Shown: piece by piece, positions 1 through 13,218 of the stretch
How positions within the stretch are numbered: position 1 is the first letter of the stretch
Layout: each line of letters opens with the position of its first letter
Assembly (NCBI GenBank): GCA_037447605.1
Contig: CM074819.1
Span: forward strand, 62,001-126,000
DNA from: Zygnema circumcarinatum SAG 698-1b
Taxonomy: Eukaryota; Plantae; Zygnematophyceae
Direction: 5' to 3'
DNA: 64,000 bases
Notes under the pieces: generated by a model
Databases searched by the model: none
Seen by the model: the letters and a program-made list of their open reading frames with translations, nothing else
What the model was told of the DNA's origin: nothing
Made by a program: the position numbers and the translations under genes

Positions 1-706
1 CCCAGGGAAGAGGGTTACTTAGGCCAGCGTGGCTTTATGTTTCCATCCAATGCAGTACCTAACGGTTAGAGCATCGGATACCCTATAGGACGACGGAGGT
101 CCTAGGTTCGAACCTCAAGAACTGGTTCACTAGTGGGGCCGCCACATAATCTCTATGGGCCCCGCATTCGTGACCAAAAGGCCCCCTCACTACGGCGTAG
201 AGGAGGATCATGAACTAACGGCACCCGCAGGACCAATCCGGTCCAGCGATTGGACTCGGGCGCGGCCGGTCCCCCAGAGCGTAACCGTCGTCGCGTACAA
301 TCACGGGTTACGTTGAGTAGACGGGGCTGGCAAACCAGGACCCAGCGCGCTATGAGATCGACCGTGCACCGGCGATGCGGCGCGTTGCGGCGGCGCGCTT
401 GAAGGCGGCGCGAGCATTCGTACGTTGAACACCGATATGCGGTCGAGAGAGGACACGTGGCGATTTGCATTGGGCGACCCTGCTTCCAATCCTCCATGCT
501 GGTAGGAGGTTCAACGGGGGGAGCGTAAAGGGGCGTGGGTGACTGTCGTCACCCAACCAACATACCGGCATACGGTTGCACGCCCGTCCCGGGCTGCTCC
601 CCACTCTGGAGCTCTCTCTCTCTCTCTCTCTCTCTCTGAACTCCGTGAGTGCTGGTGTGTAATTCAGCGTGAGAATTTGAAGGGACGCTAGATTCCGGTC
701 GTTACA
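1..706 (+). mobile_element. Gypsy-family LTR (left part outside window), ending ...GTTACA
   Basis: It ends in GTTACA at 706. It shares the block GCTTCC..TCC.CATGCTGGTAG.GG.TTCAACGGGGGGAGC.TAA.GGGG and a following (CT)n tract with the LTRs at 13558-13920 and 62055-62545; the block also occurs at 63478-64000. Confidence 0.6.
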
Positions 707-1212
707 TTGGAGCGGTGTCCAATGGCGGAACCGCCCGTGTTCCTCTCGACTCAAATGGGTCGGAAGGTGGCCTAGCGTCTGAATACTCACCGCATTCGCG
801 GCGTAGCGCCGCCGGCAATGACAGCGCGCCGCCCAAATGCGTCGGTCTGCGGTCGAGCCCTGCAGCAGCGGCGGCGGTCCGGCCCAGCCGGCTTGTCGCG
901 ACCTACCAACGGGTAACCCGTTATTATGCGGACGAGCGGAGAATCCAAAAGGGGATCGGCATGACCGAATCCCAATCGGCGGGCAGACGGGTCCCGATGT
1001 TTTGCCGACCAATCGTGATCTTCCTCTGGCCCGAGGAAAGACCTGCGGCGTCAACAGCATTGAACGAACCAGTTCTTATGGTTCGAACTGGGACCTCGAA
1101 AAGTCGTCATAAATCGATGCCCCTGCTGGTCAGGTACCGACAGATGAAACATAAAGCTGCGCCAGCTAATAACTGCTACTGAAGTGGCTTAGCGGTCCGC
1201 TAATCTGACGCT

Positions 1213-3908
1213 TCATTTGAACTCCCCATAGGTCCGACAGCGGGTATCCTTTGTAGTTGTAGCCTTGTGCTCAGGCCGCTCCACTACCTTGGGTTGAAAG
1301 GACCCCTCCACTTCAACTCCATCCTTGCTTGGATACAACAAGCCCTTGTTCTCGGCCTCCTTGGAGCTCACTAACTCTGAGTGAACCTGGAATTCGCACA
1401 CATTCTCACCACTACTAATGTCCACCCTTTTGGTGATGGGTCTTTCAACCCCCTTAGCCTGGCTATCTGAAATGTAATTCACGAAATTATCCCCTGCTCC
1501 CCTTAGCCTCATAGCTTGCTCTAGCATCCCCTTTCCTCCTCCAAGCTGTTCTGGATCTACCTTATGGTGAATGGGTTCTTCTACAGGATCCTTGGCGGGA
1601 CTGCTCAGCCCTTGAGCCTCCTTCCACTCTAGAAAGTAAAGCCCACCTTGCTGAATTCCCTTGCACAAGACCTGCCCTGTCTCCTTGTGAATAACCTCAC
1701 AACTACCCTTCTCAAACCATACTCCATAGTCCTCTTCACACAGCTGACTAACAGAGAGGAAATTAATCTGCAGTCCGGGAGTATGCAGTACGTTACCAAT
1801 ATGGACAACCCTCTGCGTGCTTCCCTCCTCGAGCACATCCAACTTGATTGTTCCGCTTTGCGTCACCATGACCCCTTCTCCCGTTGCCGAGTAGACCGAG
1901 CGGGTTCCCTCCAAAGTCTGCTTCTCTTCAAAGAGTGAGTCGTCCACGCACATGTGCCTTGAAGCACCGGAATCAATCACCCAAGGTCTCGCTGAATCCT
2001 CAACTCGAACACACCCAACGAACTCGTCATCACTTCCCCAATCTGTGAACATCAAATTCGTCTCGTGAATCCTCTTGCGATCATCTTTGGGATACCTGCC
2101 ATCACCCCCCTCCCTTCTTGCTCCTTCAAAGCATCTCCATTCGAGGGTGAACCGCCTCTCTGAAATTCGGGGCAGTTCCTCTTGAAGTGACCGGTCTTTC
2201 CACAAGAGTAGCAAGTCTTCTGAGTCTTCAGCTCTCCACCATCTCTGGCTGCGTTTGGTCCCTTGCCGTTCCTGTATGGGCGCGCTGTTGCCGCATACAC
2301 CTTCTCCGAACTTGACTTGTACAACTTCTTGTCTTGAAGACCATCCTCCTCTACCACTCTCCTTTTGACCTGCTCAAAGGTCATCTTTGCTGTAGAAAGC
2401 TGAGTGCGTAGGGCAGTGCAAGCAGGGTCAAATCTGTCCGGCAAGCCTCATAGGAATAGACTAATCTTGTGATCCAAGTGAAGGGACTGTTTCATCCCAT
2501 CAAACTTTTGCATCAGATTATCAAACTTGATCACATAGTCTTTAAGATCCTCCCCTGATTCCAAGCTGAGTTTTCCTAGCTCCGTGTAGAGATAAACTAC
2601 AGTGGCGTTATCTACTACATCATAGATCTTCTCTAAGGTATCCCACATCTCTCGAGCTGTCTTTAACTCTGAAATCACATCTGTCGGGTCCTCACTAACG
2701 CCAGCACAAAGCAAGGTCCTAACCTTACAATCCTTCACCCTCCACTGCTCAAACTCTACAGGGTTGGTCTCCGAATCCGGGGCCACAATGGAGCCATTCA
2801 CATACCCCAACAGTCGCTTGTTCTCCAGCACCGTGAGCATGCGGAACTTCCACCGCTTGTAGTTCTTCCCATTGAACGCTGGAATGGTAAACTTCACGTC
2901 TTCAACGCCGTCGGCTCTGATACCACTTGTTGATGCAGCGGCCTCCGTGCGAGGTGCTGCCACTTCTCCTCTGCCCTCGGTAGAGCTCGACATCTTCAAT
3001 GACTTGTTCAATCACACTCTTCAAGGATGTGGACACACAACAATACTGAATGCAATAAAAACAGATTAGCGGAATGAAGAAGATGTAAGGAGAAAGCCTC
3101 CAGCCTAAAACTCCTTAAGATAAAGATGAATACAACTTGACAACTCTAGAGCCAAGCTTCAAGCACCTAAACTCAAGCTATGTGAATACACCACCCCACT
3201 ACAAGCTGAACTCTTCCCACTATCTTCTAGGCCCAAAGCAAGATAGCCTCACGTCCAATGTGAGTCACGAAAAGGTTGACACCTACAAAACAGACCTCCA
3301 TAATATACTACCATGGCCGTGTGACGAAGGTGGTCTCGTAAACCTACGAGACACCGACCAACGGATTGCCCTGCCGTACAGATCCTCTGCTCGTCAGGTC
3401 CCCTTTGACATTTCCGGCCGCCGACTCTTTTGCCGTACGCTCGAACCCACGAGCCCACTAACTGAATGGCCCACGTGGCGCTGCTCGATTCGTCGCCGAC
3501 TTTCCTTCGCCGCTTCGCGCCACCGACTTGCGCTCCGCGTCCTCGCGACCGCGCCGCGACCAATCAGAAGTTGCGCGTCCGTACTCTGCGTCCGCTCGTC
3601 AGCGCTACGACCAATCAGCGCCGTTAATCGGTCCGCGCACTCACGGCGCACTCCGTCGTCTTGCGCTCCGTACTCCGCACTCGCGCTTCGACCAATCAGC
3701 ACACTGATGGCCGTACACCCGCGCGCCCCTCTGTACACCTGTTTTCCGGCCAAATCTTTGTGCGCGCGCTACGCGCACACCCCAAAAGAGGCTTGTACGG
3801 TCGCTAAGGCGGTCCTTCATGCAATTCGGACACTATGAGCACACCCCTAAGAACTTAGTACCAAATAACTTAGTGTATTACAAGTTCCTAACTAGCCTAA
3901 CACTAACA
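1213..3908 (-). mobile_element. Ty1/Copia element 1 (5' LTR 2928-3908, PBS 2914-2925, gag-protease, no integrase), inserted into Gypsy pol
   Basis: LTR TGTTAG...TCAACA followed by the tRNA-Met PBS TGGTATCAGAGC. Gag has F.G.NY..W..RM and the CCHC knuckle CYSCGKTGHFKRNC. Protease motif WVIDSGASRHM and GLYFL are present. There is a premature stop at 2448 and a frameshift near 2050-2100. Confidence 0.9.
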
Positions 3909-6113
3909 CATCTTGCGACTTTCGTAAGCAAGAGGTTGGTCGTCTTGGAACAAGACCGCACCCAAAGCGAACCCAGAGGCGTCACAGACCACCTCATACG
4001 GTAAGGTGGGATCAGCCAACCTCAACGTAGGTGCTGTTACAAGCGCATGTCTAACACCATCAAAGGCCGTCTGGCACTCTGGCGTCCATGCATAAGCGAC
4101 ACCGGAACGTGTCAAATTGGTAAGCGGTGTCACCAATTTACTGAAGCCTTGGATAAATTTACGGAAATATTTCGCAAATCCAAGAAAAGACCGCAACTGA
4201 TGAAGATCAGCCGGTACAGCCCATGTCTTTACAGCAGACACCTTGGCTGGATCAGGTTTAAGGCCCTGATCATTCAAGATATGCCCCAGGTACAACAACT
4301 CACGTTTCATGAAGTTACACTTCTTTCGCTTGGCATAAAACGTGTGTTTTCGCAACACCTCGAACACTTTGCGCACATGCACAAGGTGCTCTGCGTTCGT
4401 CTTGCTGAAGACCAGGATATCATCCAGGTAGACCAGGACGAACTCATCCATGCCGATGAACATCTCGTTCATCACGGCTTGGAAAGTAGCCGGGGCATTG
4501 GTCAGTCCAAAAGGTAGCACCTTGTATTGGAAGTGACCGATCGGCGTCCGGAATGCCGTCTTAGGCACATCAGCATCCGTGACTCGGATCTGATGGTACC
4601 CTTGGGCAAGGTCGAGCGAGGTGAACACCTTCGCCCCCTGCAAACGATCCAGCAGATCGTCGATGCGCGGTAAAGCAAATCTGTTCTTTACCGTGATCTT
4701 ATTGAGTGCCCGATAATCAATGCACATTCGCAAAGATCCATCCTTCTTGCCAACGAAGAGGATGGGCGCCCCAAAGGGACTCTGGCTGGGCTCAATCCAG
4801 CCCTTATCACGCAGGTTGTCGAGTTGCTTTCGCATCTCCTCAGTTTCTTTTGGACTAAGCCTATAGATAGGCCGCCAAAGAGGTTTCTGCTCTGGCTCAA
4901 GGGGTATGGTATGCCCTACCCCGCGGGCTGGAGGCAAACCCCTTGGCAGATCGTCTAAGAACACATCCTCAAACGCCGTCAACAAAGGTTGAAACAAAGC
5001 TGGGACAGTAGGCATTGTCTCACCCGCAGTGGGTTGCCATTCCTGATCCCCGTCATGAGCGTCTTCGGTTGCCGTCATGACTTGCACCATAAACAAGATG
5101 CTACTCGTTTTCAGTGCTTTGCCCAATTGCATGGCGGAGCACAGAAACGACAAAGACGACTGCGAAGAGGCCGGTCCGGACGGACTGCCTGGTTGCAGCG
5201 TTATGCGTTTACCTTCACTGCGGAGGACGCAATTAGGGACAACAAAATCTAACTGAGCCCCCATAAGAGTCAGCCATTTGCTCCCCATGATAAAGTCTGT
5301 TCCTAGGGCTAACAATGTCAACAAGCAGTTGACTACCCCGGAGTAAGACTGAATCTTCAACTTCACGCTGACGCTGCCAGAAATCTGGCCCGTCCGCCCA
5401 TCCCCGAAAGTTACACTATCGGAATGAGGCTGGACCGCAAACCCTGCAGTCTTGACAAAGGCTGCGCTAACAAAGTTAGGGTCCGCGCCAGTGTCCAGCA
5501 GAATGACTGTTGAGTGCCCATCGGCGGAACCTTGGAAGGTCATCGCCCGATGGGACAAGTGGAAAATGGACCGTAGCACATTTGGTGCATGGGGACGCGC
5601 AGTCCTCCACACAAGGGAGTGAGGGGACTTCACCAGCGCACTGGTGGGGGATCCCTGCATCCACCTAAGGAGGGAGAAGCCCTTCTTCCATAGCTTTACC
5701 ACTCTCCACTCAGTCTGTGGATAAGCCCTTACTGCCACATGTTGTGGGAGCAAGACTCGCAGACTGAGCACATGGTCCTTTGACCGCAGCAAGCGCAGGG
5801 CATCAAATGCACACTGCACTAAGGCATCACTGCCCATGGCATTCAAGATCACGACATGCCATTCATTCATCAAGACAGCACATGAAAATGCTGATGGAGT
5901 CACAATCATAGAAGGTAGCAATGAATAATCAGCAGGGAATGCATTGCACACGAACAACATGTTCCCGCTGAAAATTCCCCCAATCACGTTTAGAATGTCA
6001 TGCGGCCTCGGAATACAACATTCTACACTAGTGATGGCAGCTAATGCGCTGCCCCCTGTAGCCTCAATCCCACCGGCAACGACTCCTAAGCTGCTGGTGG
6101 GGAGCTGTTTTCC
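3909..6113 (-). CDS. Ty3/Gypsy pol (MTase-like insert, aspartic protease, RT, start of RNase H), interrupted at 3908 by Copia 1
   Basis: LLDTGA protease; RT motifs SPFGAPILFVGKKDGSLRMCIDYRALN, LDLAQGYHQ, LPFGLTNAPATFQ and YLDD; RNase H CDASGFALGAVL. The frame is open back to ~6130 and overlaps the gag end in the -1 frame. Confidence 0.95.
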
Positions 6114-6161
6114 GCCGGCCCCTTGCCCTTTCTATCCTTCTTGAAAGATGGGCAGTCGTAA

Positions 6162-9100
6162 TGTTGGTGCAGGGACTCCTCCACTGCTGCCGGCTTCTCC
6201 ACTCGCATCACCTTCCATCGGAGTTCGCGTTCCAATCGATGATGACATTTCCTAAACTCTCACATTCACTCATAGCCCATTTTACTCACAGAGTGAACCT
6301 CTCAGAATATGCACAGCGGAATAACAGAGAGAAAAGGATAGGAGAAAGCTCTCGGNNNNNNNNNNCGCCAAGGAAACACACAACACAAACACACAAAACT
6401 AATGTTCCAACAAAACATGCTAACTATCATACACTAACAATCCCCCTCTTTGGAACTTCTAGTTTTGCGCGGGCCCCAGCCCAATCAACCTCCCGTTGAC
6501 TAATAGTGTTTCCCCACTAACTCCCTTTGTTAGCATATCTGCGGCCTGCTCCTTGGTGCCTACGAACTTCACCTCAATCAAGCCCTCCTCGACCAACTCT
6601 CGTACATAATGGTACTGCACCCGAATGTGCTTGGTCCTCTTGTGGAACACAGGGTTTCCCACCAGGGCAATCGACGATTGATTGTCGGTAAACAAGGTAA
6701 TCGGTCGTTGGTCCCTCTTGCATTCTTCAAAGAACTGCATGAACCACACTCCTTCCTTCGAAGCATGACAAGCACCCAATGGGTACCGCCTTTTGTGTCT
6801 CTAGACGCCACCGAGTCCCCTGCAGCTTGGGAATTTTACGAAATTGCTCCTCCTCCATTTAGATAAACGAACCCCGAAGTCGAGCGTGACGTAGCGACAA
6901 CTCCTCCCCAATCTGAGTCTGTATAGCCAATCACTCTGGTTGGCCCTCTCTCATACCTGATTCCATATTCGAGCGTCCCCTTCACATATCTGAAAATCCT
7001 CTTTACGGCCTCCCAATGCTCGAGGCCCGGATTCTCCACTGTGAATCGGCTGCCGAGCTCACCGCTTCGTCAGTCCGATGTGTTCCACTCATCAAGCACA
7101 TTAGATCCAATTGTGATCCCATGGGCATTTCGAACATCTTTTGTGTCTTTCGCAGTCGAACGAAGGTGACATTCCTTCGAAAGCCTAGTGCCGATTTCGA
7201 TGGTTGGAAGGATGCTGAGACATCTCCATTTGAACGGAAGCACATTTGAAGCATATCCTTTGACATAGAAACAAGCTTCCATCCTGCCCCCTCTTCAGCT
7301 GCATTCCCAGCAGATACTGCGCCTCTCCCAGATCTGACATTTTGAAATTTGCCTGAAGCAATTCCTTCAAAGATCTGATTCTTTCAAGGGAGAGGCTCAC
7401 CATGATGAGATCGTCGACATAGATCCCAACGAACATGATGTCTGCCCCCTCTCCTTGACGGTACACCGAATGATCTGTCTCAAACCGAGCAAAATCATTC
7501 CTCCTCAAAAGATCGTCAATCTTTTCGTACCACACTCTCGGCGCCTGCTTCAAGCCGTACAGGCTCTTCACCAGGCGACAGACTAGGTGCTCCTTCCCGG
7601 ACGACCTTCCCCGCTGTCTCATGTAAATCTCTTCGTGAGATCATGCATAGCACGCGCTTGACTTCCAATTGATGGATGCTGGTCGAGTGCCCTGGCCTAT
7701 GAGAAATCAAGGCTCTCGAGGGAATCGAACTCCCACCACCGGAGCGAACGTTCTCCATGTAGTCAATTCCTATGTCTGCCGCATCCCTCCGCGACTAACG
7801 CGCGCGTACCTATCCACGCTTCCGCCCCGCCTTCCCTTCACTTCCGAAGGCTCACTGGAGCCCACAGCCGCCTCCCTCGAGGCATCTTCCAGCTCCACGT
7901 GCCGCTCCCTCGATCAGGCTGTCTGATCCTCGGCCATCAATCGCAACCTGCCAATCATCGCGATCCACTCTGTCGTGCGCCCTCAAAGGTCCGCGGTCGG
8001 CATCATGAAAACAGCGGGATTTTCAGCAGGCGCAATCCTAATCCCAACTGCATCTTCCATCAGATCAACGAGATGGGCTTTACCGGGCTGCCTCGTGTCT
8101 TGGCCGCTCCTCCGACCGCTTCGCACTTCGTCCTTTTCGGGAGAAGTACAGTCCGGAATAAACTTGGGGGCATGTTCGGCCAACATTGCCTCCCTCTCGC
8201 GCTTCAAGATCCTTCATCTGCGCGTGAGCGGGGACGTTCTCAATTGCAGTTTCCTTCATCATTGGAGGGTGAGTGCTAAGGGAATCGCCCTCTGCTGACT
8301 GTGCGTCCTCGGATGTGTTCATCTGCGCCCCTCCATCATCGCCGCGCTCATCGCGCTGCCGCTGCTTGGCTCCTTCACTCTGTTGACCGTGCCGGCACCC
8401 GCACAGGCACTACCCTTTCTCTCCAACCGTCTCTCCCTCCTTGCACACGATCTCAGGTCGGTCTTCGACGGAGGCAAGATCTGAGAGCTCAAACATGCCC
8501 ACCACACTCTCTTCGTCAACTGCAATGTTTCGCCCGGACTTCCTTCAGGCCAGGGTTCCAAACCTGCAGGTGCGGCCGCGGTGTTGCAGCTGAGTACGCA
8601 GCCCTCCACGTCGGGTGTCCAGTTTCTCCGTCGCGCCTTGGGGAGCGGATCGGCATCGCGTCGCCAAAGGTCCTCAGGTGGGAAACTGCGGCTTCCTCCC
8701 ACTCCACATCCTTAGGACCTGCTCAGAACACAAGACGCATATCCCTCTGCTCGCAATGTAAGAGTTGCAGAAACCGCCTTTTCCCCTAAAGGAAGCCGGA
8801 AAAGGGGGAATCAATCAACATGGTCTGGCCATGTCCTCAAATGTCTGATTCCATATGTCCAGCTGCTTCAGATTACTTGCGGGGACAGGGGGCTGAGAAT
8901 TCACGCCTTATACGTGGTTTCCCAGAAATGCTGCGAATTCCTTCGATTTGAACTCGCTATTATTGTCTGAGAATTGAAGCTCTTCAGCTTCAGGCCCGTT
9001 CTCTGTCGTCTGGTTCAGCCAGCGAAAGGTCTTGAAGCCTCTGACTTGTTCTTCAGGAGTGCAATCCAAATCTTCCTCGAGAATCGTCAGCAAGGTGACG

Positions 9101-11710
9101 AGACCGCGCTCCGCCACCACCCTTCTTGGGGTGTAACCGGGCCATACAAGTCAGACGTACCAATTCCAATCTTCTCTCGTGCTTGAGAGGGCCCTGTCTC
9201 CACTCATGTGGGTCTCTTACCGCTCTGCCTCTCCATACATTCCCGTAACCTTAGCTCCTTCTCCACCTACAACTGGGGTCCAGTCGACGGCTGCAGCTCT
9301 TTCGTAGCCAAAAGCTTCACGCCTCCGCTGTGTAAGTGTTCAGTTTACGATGCCACACATTTACAGTGTTCTAATGGCATTCACCTCCTCATGATTTTCC
9401 TCTCACAATCAAGATAATAGTATCCTTCTCTCTCACAGCCCCTGAACTGTCTCTCCCAGCTCCCAGTGGCACCACACATGACTTCCTCAAAAACAGAACA
9501 GCGCATCCTTTCTTGCACACTTGGCTCACAGACATGAAATTCTGCATGAGGCCAGGGGTGTGAAGAACATCACCAATGTGCAGTTTCTCCTGAACATCGT
9601 CTTCATTGATGATTGAGCCGTCCTCCAGGACCATTCTCTATGGTCTCCACCTCTCGCCCACGTGACCCTTCACCGGTTGCGAATGAAATGAGCGAGCCTT
9701 CTCAAGTTGTTGAGCTTGGAGAACATCGATGTGTTCGCACATATGCGTGAGCGCCGGAGTCAACCAGCCACGCCGCTTCAGGTCCGCCGAATCCTTCCCA
9801 TAAAATCGTGCTCAGCATTCTCCGCCAGGCAGTGAGGCTGTTCTCACCGCCACTGCGCAGCCGAACCTCGTGACTTCTTCATTGCAGTAGGCCGCCCCAA
9901 CGCCTTCTCTGCTGGATGAAGTCGCGTTTCCTCCCTTCTCTGGACTGCTTTTGTTCTTGAAACAGTCGCTGGAGTAGTGGCCGGTCTTGCCACATGTGAA
10001 GCATGTCACATTCGAGCGTTCTCCTCGGGCTGACTTCGGGGCGCCTCCTCCTCTTCGATTCGGTCGAGTGTGCAACGCGAGCACCTTCTCTTCTTGGCCG
10101 CCGACATCCTGAATCGAATCCTCCTCCTTTATCCTACGCTTAACTTGTTCAAGCGTCATAGAGGTATTGGTCAGAACTGTCCTCAAGGCTGCCACTGAAA
10201 CTTCGAATCTCCCGGGCAAACCCCCTAGAAACTGGCTTATCTTATGGTCTGCATCTAACGGTTTCCCTAAGGCTATGAACCTCTCCATCAATGCAGCAAC
10301 TCTGACCATATAAGCTTCTAGTTTCCTCCTAAAGTCATCTTCATCTTGCCTAGTTGAGTAACTCACCTATAGTCACATTGTCTTTCACATCACACATTCC
10401 TCTGAGACACTTCCATATACATGAGAGGTTTTCAGATCATAATACCATAGGGATGGACTTCCTCTCACGCTCATAACAATCTGCGTCAGGGCTTTGTTGT
10501 CCTTGGCCTTCCATCGTGCGAGCGCCACGTCGTGCTCCGACTGCTGCTCCGCTGAGGCTCCAACCGGTAACTCCGGCGCCTTGATGCTGCCATCAACGTA
10601 CCCAAGCAACCCTTTGCCCACAAGCAAAGGCACCAACCTCCATCTCCACGCTTTGTAATCCTGCCCATCGAACGCCGGTATACTGAACTTGACGCGTCTT
10701 CTCGTGCCACTATGAGCTCTGACACCACCTTGTTGGTGCAGGGGTCCTCCACGCTGCTGGCTTCTCCACTCGCATCACCTCCCATCGGAGTTCGTGCTCC
10801 AATCCATGATGACATTTCCTGAACTCTCACATTCATTTACATAGCCCTATTCTACTGACATAGTGAACCTCTCAGACATGCACACCGGAATAAAATAGAC
10901 AGAAAAAGCACAGGAGAAAGCTCTTGCTCTAAAATTCTTATAATGATCTTAACACCACAATTGAGAGACCCCCTCTCAAATAGCCCAATAAACTCAAAAG
11001 CCCACTACCTCGCAGCACAAGCAAGTGTAGTGTTAAGCAACACGAGCATCAGCTTCTCAGAGTCTACAATAGCTACGTTGATAATCCAGAAGTTGAAGAG
11101 ATTCAACCAAACAAAAAACAACACACTATATACTATGTCACAACATCCGTGACACTACCATGTTACGAAGCTCACAACATCGGCTAGCGGCCCACAAGGG
11201 CCCTATCCCGATCCTAATCCTGCGCCGTCGGATCCTCGTCGGCTCACACGGATCCCGTACGTTTCCTCCGTCAGATCCGACTCGGCCTCTAAGCTAATCC
11301 ACGTCTTGCGCCGTAGGATCTGACCTTGCCTCCAAGATTGATGACGCGTCAAACTCCGCGTCGTCGCACGCCACCGACATTTGACGCCGCTCCGTACAAT
11401 GATGAATCGCGCGCCGACATTTTGACGCCGCATCGCGTCAAGTCCGAGTCGTTCAATCCAAAGGTTGACGCCGCGCCGCGTCACTTCCGATTCGCGCGCA
11501 GATTCGCGCGTCGCGCCAATTCTTCAATTCGCTCCGCGGCCGCGTCCGCGCCACGTCACTTTTCGATTTGTTGCGTCGCGCCTCTTCCACCGACCAAATG
11601 TCCGTACCGCCGCCTACTAACTTAGGCGCGCACCGCCGCCAAGGAAACACACAACACAAACACACAAAACTAATGTTCCAACAAAACATGCTAATTATCA
11701 TACACTAACA
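6162..11710 (-). mobile_element. Full-length degenerate Ty1/Copia element 2 with 5-bp TSD CGTAA
   Basis: LTRs at 10731-11710 and 6162-6439 (gapped), both TGTTAG...CCAACA. Degenerate PBS at ~10715-10726 and PPT GAGGGGGAT next to 6439. Fragments of gag, integrase, RT (LYGLKQAPR, YVDD) and RNase H (DSDWGG, HKRTKHI, ADMLTK). CGTAA lies at 6157-6161 and 11711-11715. Confidence 0.95.
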
Positions 11711-13162
11711 CGTAAGACCTATGCCCCACCTTCCTGCAACGGAAACACTTGTTCTCCGCTCTTAAAGTCTCCATCTCTTGTGGAGCCAGTTTCGGCGTTG
11801 GAGGTCGCTGAAACTGCTGACGAGGAGAGGAAGTTGCCTTCCTCTTGCCGTTCCCCTNNNNNNNNNNTGTCTCCGGACGTACGGCTTCAAGCCATGACTG
11901 AACCGGAAGAAGAATTCTTGGGGTCCAGGTGGGAACTTGGTAATTGAAGCCCAAGCCGCACGCAATTCCCGTAGGAATTCGGCCACGCTTCCAGTCTGCA
12001 CGAGCGACTGGAACCTGTCCCGTGCAGCAGCACTGGGATCCAGGATGCCAAAATGTTTGAGAAGTTCCGACTCGAACTTCTCAAAGTCTTTTCCGATTAG
12101 CGCCTTGCGGCCGGCATAGACACTCCATGCCACGCCCCTCAAAGCGGGTGAAGCAAAGTTCACCCATTGATCGGGAGGGCATTGAGTAGCACACAGGTAC
12201 CCACGCACTTCCCCCATCCAATGATCAATTGGGCAGTCGGAATTCGGCCGATCTCCCCATAAGGAGATCGGAGGGACCTTCGCCCGATTTCTCGGGGGAG
12301 GGTCCTGCAAAGCCGGGGCGGACCCCCCAATGGGGTCGCCCCGTCCGCCAACAGCACCAGCCGAAGGTGGATTGCTGCCTGGCGGTCCGCCACCTCCTTC
12401 AAAAGGAACGGCTGCGGCTGCTCCCGCCGAAGGGGAAGCAGCGGCGCCGGGCGGAGCCCCAGCCCCTCGTGGCTGGGAGCGCCCCGTGGACCCACGCCCG
12501 CTGCCAGAGGCAGCCGGACGAGCAGAGGGTCCCTGCACACCTACGGGCGCTGCAGCTCCTCTATTTCCCCCCCTAGGAGCTGCCGCCTCTCCTACTGTAT
12601 CAGCTAAGACCACAGGAGGAGGGGCAGTGGGCTTACCAGTGGCTGGAGGGGGAGGGTCCCCGCGGTTCTGCCGGCCCTGCTCAAAGATCTCGCCGAGGAG
12701 GCGCCCCACGTTCTGCTGGAACGCGTCCTGCTGGCTCGCCATCCGAGCCAGCGCCTCCTCCAGCGCGGAAAAGCGCTTATCCGCGCTGGCCTCCGCTCGG
12801 CGGAGGACTTCATCCCCATCCACGGGGATGGGCACCCCCATACTCACCGGGGGTGTCCGGGTGCTCTGCCCGCCGAGGGGGGCAGCCCCTTCCGACCTCT
12901 GTCGGTGCGCCTCTGGTGGAGGCGCTGCCGCCCCATGCGGCTGCGACTGGCGCTGCTCCTCTGGCAGCGGCTGGTCGCAAAGTTCCGGCCCCCGTGAAGA
13001 AGAAGGGGCAGCCGGAGGTGGGACCGAGGGCCCGGGACCCGTGTCCATGGGGTCGCCGAAGTCGCGCCCCTGGTTCGCGCCCATGTCCACGTCCTCCTCC
13101 GAATCTGGAGAAGGGGGAGGTGAGTGGCGCGACGCCATCTGCTTCGGACGCGCCCTCGGCAT
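11711..13162 (-). CDS. Ty3/Gypsy gag (gapped); its zinc knuckle is split by Copia 2 and it ends at TAG 6086-6088
   Basis: Retrotrans_gag-like core (LRGVAW...F.KFESEL...AARDRF.SLVQTGSVAEF). Removing Copia 2 restores CFRCRKVGHRSY-DC. Confidence 0.9.
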
Positions 13163-13218
13163 TGCCTAGCAGAGCTTGCTGGCCCCCCACCCAAAAGAAA
13201 GCCCGCGATCTAAACGCG

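Noticed and set aside
52-118. Functional tRNA gene
   Set aside because: No proper acceptor stem or anticodon arm; reported only as a tRNA-like LTR module.
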